A stretch of DNA of 24,000 nucleotides from NCBI RefSeq assembly GCF_036384415.1, contig NZ_DASVMJ010000191.1; one strand, written 5' to 3'. Source of the DNA: Bordetella sp. (lineage in GTDB: Bacteria; Pseudomonadota; Gammaproteobacteria; Burkholderiales; Burkholderiaceae_B). A program made the position numbers and the translations under genes. Below, piece by piece: positions 1 to 10,148 of this stretch (the first letter of the stretch is position 1; each line of letters starts with the position of its first letter). The notes under the pieces were generated by a model. It saw only the letters and a program-made list of their open reading frames with translations, searched no databases and was not told where the DNA came from.

Positions 1-410
1 TCGATCTGAAGGCCTTGGGCGAGCGCACTTTGCATCTGGATTGCGACGTGCTGCAGGCCGACGGCGGTACGCGCTGCGCCAGCATCACCGGTGCCTGGGT
101 GGCCGCGTCCGACGCCGTGGCGCTGTTGATCAGGCGCGGCGATCTGCAGGCCAGCCCCGTACGCGATCACGTCGCGGCCGTGTCGGTCGGCCTGGTCCAG
201 GACAGGCCTGTGCTGGATCTGGACTACCAGGAAGATTCGGCCTGCCAGGCCGACGTCAATGTCGTCATGACCGGTAGCGGCGCCTTTGTGGAAGTGCAGG
301 GCACGGGTGAAGAAGCCACCTTCACCCGTGCGCAGCTCGAGGCCATGCTGAGCCTGGCCGAAGACGGCATCGCGCAACTGGTGGCCGCGCAGCGGGCCGC
401 GCTGGCCTGA
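1..410 (+). CDS. rph: Ribonuclease PH, C-terminal ~135 codons (5' end lies upstream of the window)
   Basis: The frame is open from base 3, and the listed TTG at 15 is internal. The translation [25 protein letters not shown]...[23 protein letters not shown] is the conserved C-terminal half of RNase PH. Stop TGA at 408-410. Confidence 0.9.
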   Translation, partial: DLKALGERTLHLDCDVLQADGGTRCASITGAWVAASDAVALLIRRGDLQASPVRDHVAAVSVGLVQDRPVLDLDYQEDSACQADVNVVMTGSGAFVEVQGTGEEATFTRAQLEAMLSLAEDGIAQLVAAQRAALA

Positions 411-517
411 TGGAGCGATTACGCGCAGTGTCAAAAAACTGCCAAGCTTGATTTCTACAATTCCCGTCATCCATACGGCCGCAGAACGCGGACCGTTTCT
501 TTGTCGGGTAGTAGAAA

Positions 518-2149
518 ATGCACAAAGCTCTCAAGGTAAGTACGACGCTGTCGCTCACGCTGCTGGTATTCGTGGTTTGCTTCGCAATGGCCGCGGCGGC
601 GGCGATTTTCATCCTGCATGGCGACAGGCAGACCATCGAACTCCTGGGCAAGGCCAATATCGAGCGCGCCAACGATCTGAGCGATATGAGCAGCCACTTG
701 TTCCTGGCGCGCGCCGACCTGGCCGATGCCAAGATCTATATGGAAAGCGGCCTGCAGGAGCCGCGCGACGCCGCGCTCAAGCACGCCGATGCCTTGCTGA
801 TGGCCGCGCGCAACAGCAGCAAGCGCCTGGCCGAGAACGCTGACGGCGATCCCCAGGGCCACATCCTGTTCGAGCGCGTCATGACGAGCGCGAAAATCCT
901 GAACGACCAGGTTTTGACCCCTTTGCACAAGGCCGTCGGTGGCTGGAACGGCGTGGTGGCCAACCGCATCGTGAGCCAGCATCTGGTCGACGGCATCGCC
1001 CATTACGTCGATGCCGTCAGCGCCTATCAGGCCTATGCGCGCGCGCAGGGCCTCGATGCCGTAGCCCGGGCCAGCCGCGCGCAATCGCGCGCCATGGCCG
1101 CGGCGCTGGCCGCCTTGATCCTGATCGCCTTGCTGGCCCTGGTCATACGTGTTTCGTTCCATCGCTCCATACTCAAGCCGCTGAACGAAGCCGGCCAGCA
1201 CTTTGACCGCATTGCCGACGGCGATCTGACGGGCGCCGTGGCTCAGCGCAGCAAGAACGAAGTAGGCGTGCTTTATGCGGCCATGGCCCGCATGCAGGCT
1301 GGCCTGAGCCAGGCGGTCGCCGCCGTGCGCCACGGCGTCGAGGGCATCCATGCCGGCACGGCCGACATCGCCGAAGCCGGCAACGATGTGTCGGCGCGCA
1401 GCGGCCGGCAGGCAGGCGCTTTACAGGAATCGTCCGCGAGCCTGGCACTCTTGGCGGACACCGTGACGAGCAACGCGGACGAGGCCGGCAAAGCCAGCCG
1501 GCAGATGCAGGAGGTTGCCGCGCTGGCCCGCCAGGGCGGCCAGGCCGTCGAGGCTGCCGTGGCCAGCATGCAAGGCATCGCCACGGCCTCGAACCGCATC
1601 GCCGAAATCGTTACCGTGGTGGACGGCATCGCCTTCCAGACCAATCTGCTGGCCTTGAACGCGGCGGTCGAAGCGGCTCGCGCCGGCACGCAGGGCAAGG
1701 GCTTTGCCGTCGTGGCGGGCGAGGTGCGGACGCTGGCGCAGCGCAGCGCCCAGGCGGCCCAGGAAATCAAAAAGCTCATCGGCAACGCCAGGGAACGCGT
1801 CGACGCGGGCGTGCGCGAGGTCGGCCAGGCCGGCGCGACCATCGGCCGCGTCGTCCAGTCAGTCGATGGCATTACGGCCACCATGTCGCAGATCTCGCAA
1901 GCCAGCCTGCACCAGGCTCAGGACTTGGCGTCGATCAATCGCACCGTGGAAGCGCTCGGACGCAGCACTCAGGAGGACTCGGTCATGGTCGAACGCACGG
2001 CCAGCCAGGCCGAAGAGCTGGCTGACCTGGCTCAGAGCCTGCGCAACGCCGTGGCCGCCTTCAAGCTCGAAGAAAAGCACGCCGCCGACCCCGACCTCCT
2101 GCCGCCACCGCCGCGCGGCGCCTATTTGGCTTTGGCCGCCGGCGTGTAA
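518..2149 (+). CDS. Methyl-accepting chemotaxis protein (two TM segments, periplasmic four-helix-bundle-type sensor, HAMP, MCP signalling domain)
   Basis: ATG at 518, 543 aa. TM1 is [23 protein letters not shown] and TM2 is [16 protein letters not shown], followed by a HAMP-like segment ([21 protein letters not shown]). The invariant signalling hairpin [41 protein letters not shown] is present. There is no C-terminal NWETF-type pentapeptide. Confidence 0.9.
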   Translation: MHKALKVSTTLSLTLLVFVVCFAMAAAAAIFILHGDRQTIELLGKANIERANDLSDMSSHLFLARADLADAKIYMESGLQEPRDAALKHADALLMAARNSSKRLAENADGDPQGHILFERVMTSAKILNDQVLTPLHKAVGGWNGVVANRIVSQHLVDGIAHYVDAVSAYQAYARAQGLDAVARASRAQSRAMAAALAALILIALLALVIRVSFHRSILKPLNEAGQHFDRIADGDLTGAVAQRSKNEVGVLYAAMARMQAGLSQAVAAVRHGVEGIHAGTADIAEAGNDVSARSGRQAGALQESSASLALLADTVTSNADEAGKASRQMQEVAALARQGGQAVEAAVASMQGIATASNRIAEIVTVVDGIAFQTNLLALNAAVEAARAGTQGKGFAVVAGEVRTLAQRSAQAAQEIKKLIGNARERVDAGVREVGQAGATIGRVVQSVDGITATMSQISQASLHQAQDLASINRTVEALGRSTQEDSVMVERTASQAEELADLAQSLRNAVAAFKLEEKHAADPDLLPPPPRGAYLALAAGV

Positions 2150-3915
2150 ACGTCCACCAGCAGCGAGGCGCGTTCGTTCTTGACGCGGCGCTTGAGCTCG
2201 GCGACCGCGGCCGCGACATCCTGGGGCTCGACGCCCTCGCACTGCTGCGGCTGCACTACCAAGGCGGCCGCTCCCAGCGTGACGCAGGGAAAAAAGCGCG
2301 GCACGCCGTATCGATCCTGCAATTCGATGCCGCCCTGGCCGCGGTCGTGCTCGTCGTAGAGTTCGAGGGCCCGCTGGTTGAATTCCACGATCAGGCCTTC
2401 GAGCCGGGCGCGCCAGTCGCCGCTGCGCATCAGCATGACGAAGTCGTCGCCGCCCACGTGGCCGACGAAATCCTGCTGCGCGTCGCAATGCCGCTTGATG
2501 ACCTCGGCGCACAGCTGGATCACGGCATCGCCGCGCCAATAGCCGTACATGTCGTTGAAGGACTTGAAGTGGTTCAGATCGCCATAGCAGGCGATGAAGC
2601 ATTCGGGTCCCGACACGAGCTGCTGCATCTGGCGCTTGATCGGAATATTGCCGGGCAGCGCCGTCAGCGGGTTGGCATAGCGCGCGGTCTCCAGGCGCAG
2701 CTCGGTCACGGCGCGCACGAGCGATTCGCCCGTGCCCAGGCCCGCATAGCGGCCTTCCCGGGTGATGATGAAGCCGTCGCGCAGATAGCGCTGGTCTTCC
2801 GAAGCGAGCACCGGCGCCAGCCTGTCGATGGGTGTTCCGACATCGAGCATGACGGGCCGGGGACTCATGAACGTCGTGCAAGGGTCGCGGCCGAAGAGAT
2901 CGCGCGTATAGCGCATGGCGTATTTTTCGGAGAACGTATGCCGATTGATGAGACCGATGGGACGTTGCTCTTTGTCCAGCACGGCGACCGAATGCAGATC
3001 GGGGAAATCCTGGAACAGCTTGTCGATGTCGTCGTTGGCATGGTGTTCGGGCTGCACCGCCACGGCCTCGACGAGCAGGGTCTCGACCGTGCCGCTCTCG
3101 GCCAGGACTCGCCGCGAGCGGTCCAGCCTCAAGAGCGCCAGCACCGGTTCGGGCAGCTCGATCTGGGGCTGCGGCTCGACCAGGCCAAGTTGCCAGCCCT
3201 GGGCATAGCGCATGCCCAGGTCGCGCACCGTGGCCAGGTCCGCGGCCGTCTCGATTCCCTCGGCCAGCAACGGCGTTCCGAGCGCCTGGGCCACCGACAT
3301 GAGCGCCCGGATCAATTGCTGGCCCGAGACGCTGCTGCTGATGCCATGGAGAAAATGGCGGTCGATCTTGACCAGATCGGGCTGCAGACTCACCCAAAGC
3401 TGCAGATTGGTATTGCCCGTGCCGTAATCGTCCAGCGCCAGGCCGATGCCGTGCTCGCGCAGGCACAAGCGGGCCTGCTGCAGGCTGTCCATGTCGTTGC
3501 CCGCGGCGTCTTGCTCGGTGAGCTCGATGACGAGATCGCCTGGCGGCATGCCGCTATCGCCGAGCAGATGGCGGGGCAGTTCGGCGCCCCAACGGTTCCA
3601 GCAGGTCAGGACAGTGTTGATCGACAAATTGAGCAGAAGCTTGCCGCGCACGCCGCTTTGCACGAATCCGCGCAAGCTTGCGCTAGCGCAAGCCAGTTCC
3701 AGTTCGATCAGGCGCCCCAGCTTGCGTGCCGTGCCGAACAGGGCCGAGGGCATGTGCAACGGGCTGTTGCGCGGGCCGCGGATGAGCCCTTCATAACCGA
3801 GGATGCTGCCGTGGAACAGATCGGCGATGAGCTGGTAGTGCGGATGCAATTGTCCGTCGCGGACAATGCGTTCAAACTCGGTGGCCAGGGTCAGCGGGGC
3901 GTCGACTTCGAACAT
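2122..3915 (-). CDS. c-di-GMP signalling protein: N-terminal EAL phosphodiesterase domain, CBS pair, C-terminal degenerate GGDEF domain (GGDDF)
   Basis: EAL-domain motifs present: [35 protein letters not shown]. The central region has the look of a CBS pair. The GGDEF-domain motifs are [27 protein letters not shown] and [11 protein letters not shown]. The start is uncertain. I chose the ATG at 3915 (MFEVDAPL...) because the longer options (ATG 3963, ORF-track start 4158) run into the divergent rdgB promoter or coding region. No start has a clear SD. Stop TAG at 2122-2124. Confidence 0.85.
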   Translation of the reverse strand: MFEVDAPLTLATEFERIVRDGQLHPHYQLIADLFHGSILGYEGLIRGPRNSPLHMPSALFGTARKLGRLIELELACASASLRGFVQSGVRGKLLLNLSINTVLTCWNRWGAELPRHLLGDSGMPPGDLVIELTEQDAAGNDMDSLQQARLCLREHGIGLALDDYGTGNTNLQLWVSLQPDLVKIDRHFLHGISSSVSGQQLIRALMSVAQALGTPLLAEGIETAADLATVRDLGMRYAQGWQLGLVEPQPQIELPEPVLALLRLDRSRRVLAESGTVETLLVEAVAVQPEHHANDDIDKLFQDFPDLHSVAVLDKEQRPIGLINRHTFSEKYAMRYTRDLFGRDPCTTFMSPRPVMLDVGTPIDRLAPVLASEDQRYLRDGFIITREGRYAGLGTGESLVRAVTELRLETARYANPLTALPGNIPIKRQMQQLVSGPECFIACYGDLNHFKSFNDMYGYWRGDAVIQLCAEVIKRHCDAQQDFVGHVGGDDFVMLMRSGDWRARLEGLIVEFNQRALELYDEHDRGQGGIELQDRYGVPRFFPCVTLGAAALVVQPQQCEGVEPQDVAAAVAELKRRVKNERASLLVDVYTPAAKAK

Positions 3916-4051
3916 GGGGGGATTGAATCCAGGATGCAGCTGCCGATTTTCGCCCGCGCACATTGCTGATTTATGGCAGATTTGCGCATTTCCCGGGGCA
4001 GCGGCAAGGCGAAAGCGTCCCCGGTCCGTTGCGCTTATACAATCCCATCGT

Positions 4052-4672
4052 ATGAATGCCTCCAATTCTTCCCTGCGCCAGGTTGTCCTGGCCTCCGGCA
4101 ATCCAGGCAAGCTGCGCGAGTTTTCCGCCTTGTTCGCTCCCTTGGGCATCGAACTCATTCCTCAATCCCGGTTCGGCGTGAGCGAGGCCGAAGAGCCGTA
4201 TTGCACCTTCGTGGAAAACGCGCTGACCAAGGCCCGCCATGCCAGCCACCACACCGGGCTGCCGGCCCTGGCCGACGATTCGGGCCTGTGCGTGGCGGCC
4301 CTGGGCGGCGCGCCCGGCGTCTATTCCGCGCGCTATGCGCAGCGCCAGCAAGGCGGCGAAAAAAGCGATGCGGCCAACAACGCGCTGCTGGTGCGCGAAC
4401 TGGCCGGGCAAGCCGATCGCCGCGCCTGGTACGTGGCCCTGCTGGTGCTGGTGCGAGCGCAAGACGATCCTCAGCCGCTGATAGGCGAGGGCGTCTGGCA
4501 TGGCGAAATCGTCGACGCGCCGCAAGGCGATCACGGCTTCGGCTACGACCCGCACTTCTATCTGCCCGAGCAAGGCATGACCGCGGCGGCCATGCCGCCC
4601 GAGCTGAAGAACAGCGTCAGCCATCGCGCCCGCGCGTTGAAAGAACTGCTGGCCAAGCTGCAGGATTTTTAG
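4052..4672 (+). CDS. rdgB: dITP/XTP pyrophosphatase (non-canonical purine NTP pyrophosphatase, Ham1/RdgB family)
   Basis: ATG at 4052 (MNASNSSLRQVVLASGNPGKLREF...). Motifs present: ASGNPGKxxE, ADDSGL, FGYDPxF, SHRxxA. The ORF-track start at 3866 is an upstream extension with no homology signal. Confidence 0.9.
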   Translation: MNASNSSLRQVVLASGNPGKLREFSALFAPLGIELIPQSRFGVSEAEEPYCTFVENALTKARHASHHTGLPALADDSGLCVAALGGAPGVYSARYAQRQQGGEKSDAANNALLVRELAGQADRRAWYVALLVLVRAQDDPQPLIGEGVWHGEIVDAPQGDHGFGYDPHFYLPEQGMTAAAMPPELKNSVSHRARALKELLAKLQDF

Positions 4673-4682
4673 GCAGGCGGCA

Positions 4683-5891
4683 ATGCCCCGAACTCTCATC
4701 CTCCAGCCCGATGGCCGCGTCACCCGCCAGCACCGCACCGCGCTTACCAGCCTGCCGCCGCTGTCGGTCTATATCCACGTGCCCTGGTGCGTGCGCAAAT
4801 GCCCGTACTGCGATTTCAACTCGCATGCGGCCAGCGAAATCCCCGAGCGCGCCTACCTGGACGCCTTGCGCGCCGACCTCGAACAGGCGTTGCCGTCGGT
4901 GTGGGGACGCCAGGTGATTTCCGTCTTTATCGGCGGCGGCACCCCCAGCCTGTTGTCGGCGGCCGGCCTGGACGAGCTGCTGGCCACGCTGCGCTCGCAT
5001 CTACGCCTGTTGCCCGATGCCGAGATCACCATGGAAGCCAACCCCGGCACCGCCGAGGCCGGACGCTTTCGCGACTATGCGGCCAGCGGCGTGACGCGCC
5101 TGTCGCTGGGCATCCAGAGTTTCGACGACGCGCAATTGCAAAAGCTCGGCCGCATCCACGATGCCGAACAGGCCAGGGCGGCGATACGCATGGCGCAAGA
5201 GGCGGTGAGCCGCGTCAACCTGGATCTGATGTTCGCGCTGCCGGGCCAGACGCTCCAAGCCTGCCTGGCCGACGTGCGCGAGGCGTTGTCGTTCGGCACC
5301 GAACACCTGTCGCTCTATCACCTGACAATGGAGCCCAACACCGTCTTCGCCAAGTATCCGCCGCAGGACCTGCCCGACGACGACACCTCGGCCGCCATGC
5401 AGGATGCCGTGGAAAGCGAACTCTCGGCCGCCGGCCTGCAGCGCTACGAGGTTTCGGCCTACGCCAGGCCCGGCGCGCGCTGCAAGCACAATCTCAACTA
5501 CTGGGAATTCGGCGATTACCTGGGCCTGGGGCCCGGGGCGCACGGCAAGATTTCCTTCCACGACCGTATCGTGCGCGAGGCCCGCGCGCGCCAACCCGAA
5601 TCCTGGATGGAGCGGGCAGGGCGGGGCGACGGCAGCCACATCGCCGAGAGCCGTTCGCTGGGCTCTTCGGACTTGCCTTTCGAATTCATGCTCAATGCCC
5701 TGCGATTGCGCGAAGGCGTGGCGGCCAGCCTCTTTTCCGAGCGCACCGGCCTGTCGCTGGCGGCCATTGCGCACCAACTGGAAGCAGCCGTTTCCCGCGG
5801 CCTGCTCGACGCCGATCCGACCCGTTTGCAGTCGAGCGCCCTGGGATGGCGCTTCCTGAATGACCTGCAGGCACTCTTTTTACCGGAATAA
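4683..5891 (+). CDS. hemW: Radical SAM haem chaperone HemW (HemN-like, YggW family)
   Basis: 402 aa. Carries the radical-SAM cluster motif CVRKCPYCDFNS near the N-terminus and a HemN_C-like C-terminal region. It starts 10 nt after the rdgB stop, matching the conserved rdgB-hemW pair. Confidence 0.9.
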   Translation: MPRTLILQPDGRVTRQHRTALTSLPPLSVYIHVPWCVRKCPYCDFNSHAASEIPERAYLDALRADLEQALPSVWGRQVISVFIGGGTPSLLSAAGLDELLATLRSHLRLLPDAEITMEANPGTAEAGRFRDYAASGVTRLSLGIQSFDDAQLQKLGRIHDAEQARAAIRMAQEAVSRVNLDLMFALPGQTLQACLADVREALSFGTEHLSLYHLTMEPNTVFAKYPPQDLPDDDTSAAMQDAVESELSAAGLQRYEVSAYARPGARCKHNLNYWEFGDYLGLGPGAHGKISFHDRIVREARARQPESWMERAGRGDGSHIAESRSLGSSDLPFEFMLNALRLREGVAASLFSERTGLSLAAIAHQLEAAVSRGLLDADPTRLQSSALGWRFLNDLQALFLPE

Positions 5892-5892
5892 A

Positions 5893-5931
5893 TGCACTTT
5901 TATGGTGCATCTTGCACTATAAAATGCACCA
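5893..5931. promoter_or_regulatory. NtrC enhancer (UAS) upstream of glnA: one near-consensus dyad plus extra TGCAC half-sites
   Basis: 5893-5909 reads TGCACTTTTATGGTGCA, against the consensus TGCACC-N5-GGTGCA. Further TGCAC/TGCACCA elements lie at 5913-5917 and 5925-5931. The cluster sits about 85-100 bp upstream of the sigma-54 promoter below. Confidence 0.65.
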
Positions 5932-5990
5932 TAATCAAGCATTTATTTCCGGCCTTACACCCCGCCTCGGGAATACCCCGAAATTTCGGA

Positions 5991-6006
5991 CTGGCACGCA
6001 TATTGC
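5991..6006 (+). promoter_or_regulatory. Sigma-54 (-24/-12) promoter of glnA (glnAp2 type)
   Basis: TGGCACGCATATTGCT matches TGGCAC-N5-TTGCW, with the GG and GC elements spaced correctly. It lies about 60 nt upstream of the glnA ATG. Confidence 0.8.
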
Positions 6007-6065
6007 TTACATTGTGGTCAGTCGGGCGGATATCCCCGCGACGCCTAAATACTTCTGGAGATGAC

Positions 6066-7478
6066 ATGGCAAGCCCCCAAGATGTTCTGAAGATGATTGC
6101 TGACAACGACGTCAAGTTCGTCGACTTCCGCTTCACCGACACCATCGGTAAAGAGCAGCACGTTTCGGTTCCCGTTTCGGCCATCGACGAAGACAAACTC
6201 GTCACCGGCCAGGCGTTCGACGGTTCGTCGATCACCGGCTGGAAGGGCATCGAAGCTTCGGACATGATGCTCGCTCCCGACCTGGACACCGCCAACCTGG
6301 ACCCGTTCCGCGAAGAGCCCACGCTCATCCTGACCTGCGACGTGATCGAACCGTCCGACGGCAAGGGCTACGAGCGCGACCCGCGCTCCCTGGCGCGCCG
6401 CGCCGAGGCTTACCTGAAGTCGTCGGGTCTGGGCGACACCGCCTACTTCGGTCCTGAACCCGAATTCTTCGTCTTCGACAGCGTCAAGTGGGCCCAGGAC
6501 GCCTCCGGCAGCTTCGTCAAGATCAACGCCGAAGAAGCGCCCTGGTCCAGCGGCCTGGACTTCGAAGGCGGCAACCTGGGCCACCGTCCCAAGCTCAAGG
6601 GCGGCTACTTCCCCGTTCCTCCGGTCGATTCCTTCCAGGACCTGCGCTCGGAAATGTGCCTGGTGCTCGAAGCCATGGGCATTCCGGTCGAAGTGCATCA
6701 CCACGAAGTGGCATCTCCCGGCCAGCTGGAAATCGGCACCAAGTTCAGCACGCTGGTCAAGCGCGCCGACTGGAACCAGACCATGAAGTACGTCATTCAT
6801 AACGTGGCGCACGCGTACGGCAAGACGGCCACGTTCATGCCCAAGCCCATCGTCGGCGACAACGGCTCGGGCATGCACGTGCACCAGTCGATCTGGAAAG
6901 ACGGCGAGAACCTGTTCGCCGGCAACGGCTACGCCGGCCTGTCCGAGTTCGCCCTGTACTACATCGGCGGCATCATCAAGCACGCCCGCGCCCTGAACGC
7001 CATCACCAACCCGACGACCAACTCGTACAAGCGCCTGGTGCCTCACTTCGAAGCGCCGGTCAAGCTGGCCTACTCGTCGCGCAACCGCTCGGCCTCGATC
7101 CGCATCCCGCACGTGCCCAGCCCCAAGGCCCGCCGCATCGAAGCCCGCTTCCCCGATCCCATGGCCAACCCCTACCTGGCCTTCTCGGCCCTGATGATGG
7201 CCGGCCTGGACGGCGTGCAGAACAAGATCCACCCGGGCGATCCGGCGACCAAGAACCTGTACGACCTGCCCGCGGAAGAAGACGCACAGATCCCGACCGT
7301 GTGCTCGTCGCTCGACCAGGCCCTGGAAGCGCTGGACAAGGATCGCGAGTTCCTGACCCGTGGCGGCGTGTTCACCAACAGCATGATCGATGCCTACATC
7401 GCGCTCAAGGAAGCCGATGTGCAGCGCCTGCGCATGGTGACTCACCCCATCGAGTTCGACATGTACTACAGCCTGTAA
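6066..7478 (+). CDS. glnA: Glutamine synthetase type I (adenylylation-regulated)
   Basis: ATG at 6066 is preceded by GGAGA (6056-6060), and the protein begins [28 protein letters not shown] motifs present: [22 protein letters not shown], and the adenylylation-site KNLYDLP. The ORF-track start at 5892 would translate the regulatory region. Confidence 0.96.
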   Translation: MASPQDVLKMIADNDVKFVDFRFTDTIGKEQHVSVPVSAIDEDKLVTGQAFDGSSITGWKGIEASDMMLAPDLDTANLDPFREEPTLILTCDVIEPSDGKGYERDPRSLARRAEAYLKSSGLGDTAYFGPEPEFFVFDSVKWAQDASGSFVKINAEEAPWSSGLDFEGGNLGHRPKLKGGYFPVPPVDSFQDLRSEMCLVLEAMGIPVEVHHHEVASPGQLEIGTKFSTLVKRADWNQTMKYVIHNVAHAYGKTATFMPKPIVGDNGSGMHVHQSIWKDGENLFAGNGYAGLSEFALYYIGGIIKHARALNAITNPTTNSYKRLVPHFEAPVKLAYSSRNRSASIRIPHVPSPKARRIEARFPDPMANPYLAFSALMMAGLDGVQNKIHPGDPATKNLYDLPAEEDAQIPTVCSSLDQALEALDKDREFLTRGGVFTNSMIDAYIALKEADVQRLRMVTHPIEFDMYYSL

Positions 7479-7511
7479 TCCGCTTCTCGCAGCGGCCTGG
7501 TATTTTCGACT

Positions 7512-8576
7512 ATGAATACGGATGCCTTTGACCTGCTCGCAACGTCCGTATTCCTTCTGGACGCCCAGGGTCGTATCGAATATGCCAATGCCGCCGCCGA
7601 AGACTTGTTCGGCCGATCCCGCAAGCAATTGCGGGGTCTGCCGGCCGATCGCCTCTACGACGATCCGGCATCGCTGCAAACATCCATAGAACACGCCGCC
7701 GCCGGCATCTTCGCCGACGCGCGCCAGCTCTCGTCCTTGCGGCGGGGGCATGAATCGATCGAGGTCTCCGTCACCACGGTGGCGCTGGCGGGCCAGTCGT
7801 GGCCGGTCCTCATCGAGACCCGCGAAATCGAACAGCGCACGGTGGCCGACCGCGGCCAGCGCCTGGTCGAAGAAATCGAATCCCAGCGCGAGCTGCTGCG
7901 CAATCTGGCCCACGAGGTGAAGAATCCTCTGGGCGGACTACGCGGCGCGGCGCAGCTGCTCGAGGCCGAGCTGCCCAGCCCGGCCCTGGCCGAATACACG
8001 CAAGTCATCATTTCCGAAGCGGACCGCCTGCAGGCCCTGGTCGACCGCCTGAGCGGCCCCAAGCGCCAGCCGCTGGATACCAAGCCGGTCAACATCCACG
8101 AGATCTGCGAGCGCGTCTGCGCCCTGATCCAGGCCGAGTTCCGCGAACGCGTGGCCCTGCAGCGCGATTACGACGCCTCCGCGCCCGACCTGCAGGGCGA
8201 CGCGGCGCGCCTGATGCAGGCCGTGCTGAACGTGGCGCGCAACGCCGCGCAGGAACTGGTGCTGCAAAAAGACGAAGACGGCGCGCCGCCGCCGCAGATC
8301 GTCCTGCGTACCCGCATCGCGCGCCAGGTCGTGCTGGCGCATCGGCGCCATCGCCTGGCGATGGTGCTGTCCATCATCGACAACGGCCCGGGCGTGCCCG
8401 AACACATCCGCGAGCGCATCTTCCACCCGCTGGTCACCGCGCGGCCCGGCGGCACTGGCCTGGGCCTGAGCCTGGCCCAGGATTTCGTGCGGCAGCACGG
8501 CGGGCTGATCGAGTTCGAATCGCGCCCGCGCCACACCGAATTCCGCCTGATTCTCCCCATGGAGCAAACGCACTGA
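7512..8576 (+). CDS. ntrB: Nitrogen regulation sensor histidine kinase NtrB
   Basis: N-terminal PAS-like region, H-box LAHEVKNPLGG, and ATPase boxes (NVARNAAQE, DNGPGV, GTGLGLS). It sits between glnA and ntrC. Confidence 0.92.
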   Translation: MNTDAFDLLATSVFLLDAQGRIEYANAAAEDLFGRSRKQLRGLPADRLYDDPASLQTSIEHAAAGIFADARQLSSLRRGHESIEVSVTTVALAGQSWPVLIETREIEQRTVADRGQRLVEEIESQRELLRNLAHEVKNPLGGLRGAAQLLEAELPSPALAEYTQVIISEADRLQALVDRLSGPKRQPLDTKPVNIHEICERVCALIQAEFRERVALQRDYDASAPDLQGDAARLMQAVLNVARNAAQELVLQKDEDGAPPPQIVLRTRIARQVVLAHRRHRLAMVLSIIDNGPGVPEHIRERIFHPLVTARPGGTGLGLSLAQDFVRQHGGLIEFESRPRHTEFRLILPMEQTH

Positions 8577-8655
8577 TGTGTACCTTCACGCTCACTAGGT
8601 TCGCTGTTTCTGAAGGGCGGCGCGGCTTGCTCCAGGCAGTCGCGCGGAGGTCTGC

Positions 8656-10140
8656 ATGAAACCGGTCTGGATAGTCGACGACGATCAGTCCATACGCTGG
8701 GTGCTGGAAAAGGCGCTCTCGCGGGCAGGCATGGCCACGCGCAGCTTCTACCAGGCCGTCGATGTGATCGAAGCCCTGGGCCGCGACACGCCGGCGGTGC
8801 TGGTGTCCGACATCCGCATGCCAGGCGGCAACGGCCTGGACCTGCTGCGCCAGATCAAGGAGCGCCATCCCGCCTTGCCGGTGATCGTCATGACGGCCTA
8901 CGCCGATCTGGACAGCACCGTGGCGGCCTTCCAGGGCGGTGCCTTCGACTATCTGGCCAAGCCTTTCGACGTGAACGAAGCGGTGGCGCTGATCCAGCGC
9001 GCCATGAAAGAAGCCGCGCCTCAGAATGACCTAGAAGCCGAGAGCGGCCTGCCCGACGGCGAGCGCATGATGACGCAGTCGTCGTCGCCCGCCATGCAGG
9101 AAGTGTTCCGCGCCATCGGGCGCCTTGCCCAGTCCAAAGTCTCGGTGCTCATCACCGGCGACTCGGGCACCGGCAAGGAACTCGTGGCGCGCGCGCTGCA
9201 CAGCCATGGCTCGCGCGCCGGCGGCCCTTTCGTCGCGCTCAACGCCGCAGCCATTCCGCGCGACCTGCTCGAGGCCGAGCTCTTCGGTCATGAGCGCGGC
9301 GCCTTCACCGGCGCCAACACGCTGCGTCGCGGCCGCTTCGAAGAGGCGAACGGCGGCACGCTGTTCCTGGACGAAATCGGCGACATGCCCATCGAGCTGC
9401 AGACGCGCCTGCTGCGCGTACTGGCAGAAGGCAGCTTCTATCGCGTCGGCGGCTCGCAGCCGGTGCGCGTGGATGTGCGCATCGTCGCGGCCACCCACCA
9501 GCCGCTGGAGCAGCGCGTCGAACAAGGCTTGTTCCGCGAAGACCTGTTTCACCGGCTGAATGTGATCCGCCTGCGCCTGCCGCCGCTGCGCGAACGCATC
9601 GAGGACATCCCCGCGTTGGCCAACCACTTCCTGGCCAGTAGCGCACGCGCCCTGGGCGTGCCGGTCAAGCGATTGACGCCCGCCGCCGTCGCCGTGCTCA
9701 CACGCTTCGACTTTCCGGGCAATGTGCGCCAGCTGGAGAACTTCTGCCACTGGCTCACCGTCATGGCGCCGGGCCAGACCATAGACCGCAACGACCTGCC
9801 GCCGGAAATCCGCGCGGTGGAGCGCGGCGTCGGGGCGGCAGCGGACGCCGTCGTCAGGCCCGCGGCACCGGTATCGGCCGCCCGCGCTACCGCACTACCG
9901 GCCGGCGCCGGTACGGAGCCGGACTCCTGGGAGCAAGCCTTGATGCATGACGCGCGGCGGCGCCTCGACCGCGGCGAGCCGGCCATCATGACCACGCTCA
10001 CGCGCCAGTTCGAGAAGATCTTGCTGCAAAGCGCTCTGGATGCCAGCCGCGGCCGCCGCGTCGAGGCCGCCTCCAGGCTGGGCATCGGCCGCAACACCAT
10101 TACGCGCAAGCTGCGCGAGCTCGGCATCGAGGACGACTGA
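8656..10140 (+). CDS. ntrC: Sigma-54-dependent response regulator NtrC
   Basis: GGAGG lies 5 nt before the ATG at 8656. Receiver domain ([10 protein letters not shown]), AAA+ domain with Walker A GDSGTGKE and the sigma-54 contact loop GAFTGA, and a C-terminal Fis-type HTH ([14 protein letters not shown]). Confidence 0.94.
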   Translation: MKPVWIVDDDQSIRWVLEKALSRAGMATRSFYQAVDVIEALGRDTPAVLVSDIRMPGGNGLDLLRQIKERHPALPVIVMTAYADLDSTVAAFQGGAFDYLAKPFDVNEAVALIQRAMKEAAPQNDLEAESGLPDGERMMTQSSSPAMQEVFRAIGRLAQSKVSVLITGDSGTGKELVARALHSHGSRAGGPFVALNAAAIPRDLLEAELFGHERGAFTGANTLRRGRFEEANGGTLFLDEIGDMPIELQTRLLRVLAEGSFYRVGGSQPVRVDVRIVAATHQPLEQRVEQGLFREDLFHRLNVIRLRLPPLRERIEDIPALANHFLASSARALGVPVKRLTPAAVAVLTRFDFPGNVRQLENFCHWLTVMAPGQTIDRNDLPPEIRAVERGVGAAADAVVRPAAPVSAARATALPAGAGTEPDSWEQALMHDARRRLDRGEPAIMTTLTRQFEKILLQSALDASRGRRVEAASRLGIGRNTITRKLRELGIEDD

Positions 10141-10148
10141 GCAGCAGC

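Noticed and set aside
1859-3969. Long alternative-frame or antisense ORFs (1859-3466 minus, 535 aa; 2347-3969 plus, 540 aa) overlapping the EAL-CBS-GGDEF gene
   Set aside because: Both translate to Arg/Pro/Ala/Gly-rich strings without domains. The frame I annotated carries complete EAL, CBS and GGDEF signatures.
3866-4158. Upstream extensions of the divergent rdgB (from 3866) and EAL-CBS-GGDEF (to 4158) ORFs
   Set aside because: If both were real, the two genes would overlap head-to-head by about 300 bp. Homology begins at the ATG at 4052 (rdgB) and near the ATG at 3915 (EAL protein), so the extensions were treated as intergenic or promoter DNA.
7480-7506. Hairpin CCGCT-TCTCGC-AGCGG between glnA and ntrB as an attenuating terminator
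   Set aside because: The stem is 5 bp and the T-tract (TATTTT) is separated from it by 5 nt. It may modulate read-through, as in enteric glnA-glnL, but the sequence evidence is too weak for a feature call.
6045-7913. 622-aa ORF on the minus strand antisense to glnA and ntrB
   Set aside because: It is a typical high-GC shadow ORF. It lies opposite two genes with unmistakable homology, its translation is Arg/Ala/Gly/Val-rich low-complexity sequence, and it has no recognisable motifs.
8577-8655. 79-nt ntrB-ntrC spacer as a site of an internal promoter or small gene
   Set aside because: I found no convincing -35/-10 or -24/-12 elements, hairpin or ORF. Only the GGAGG ribosome-binding site of ntrC is evident.
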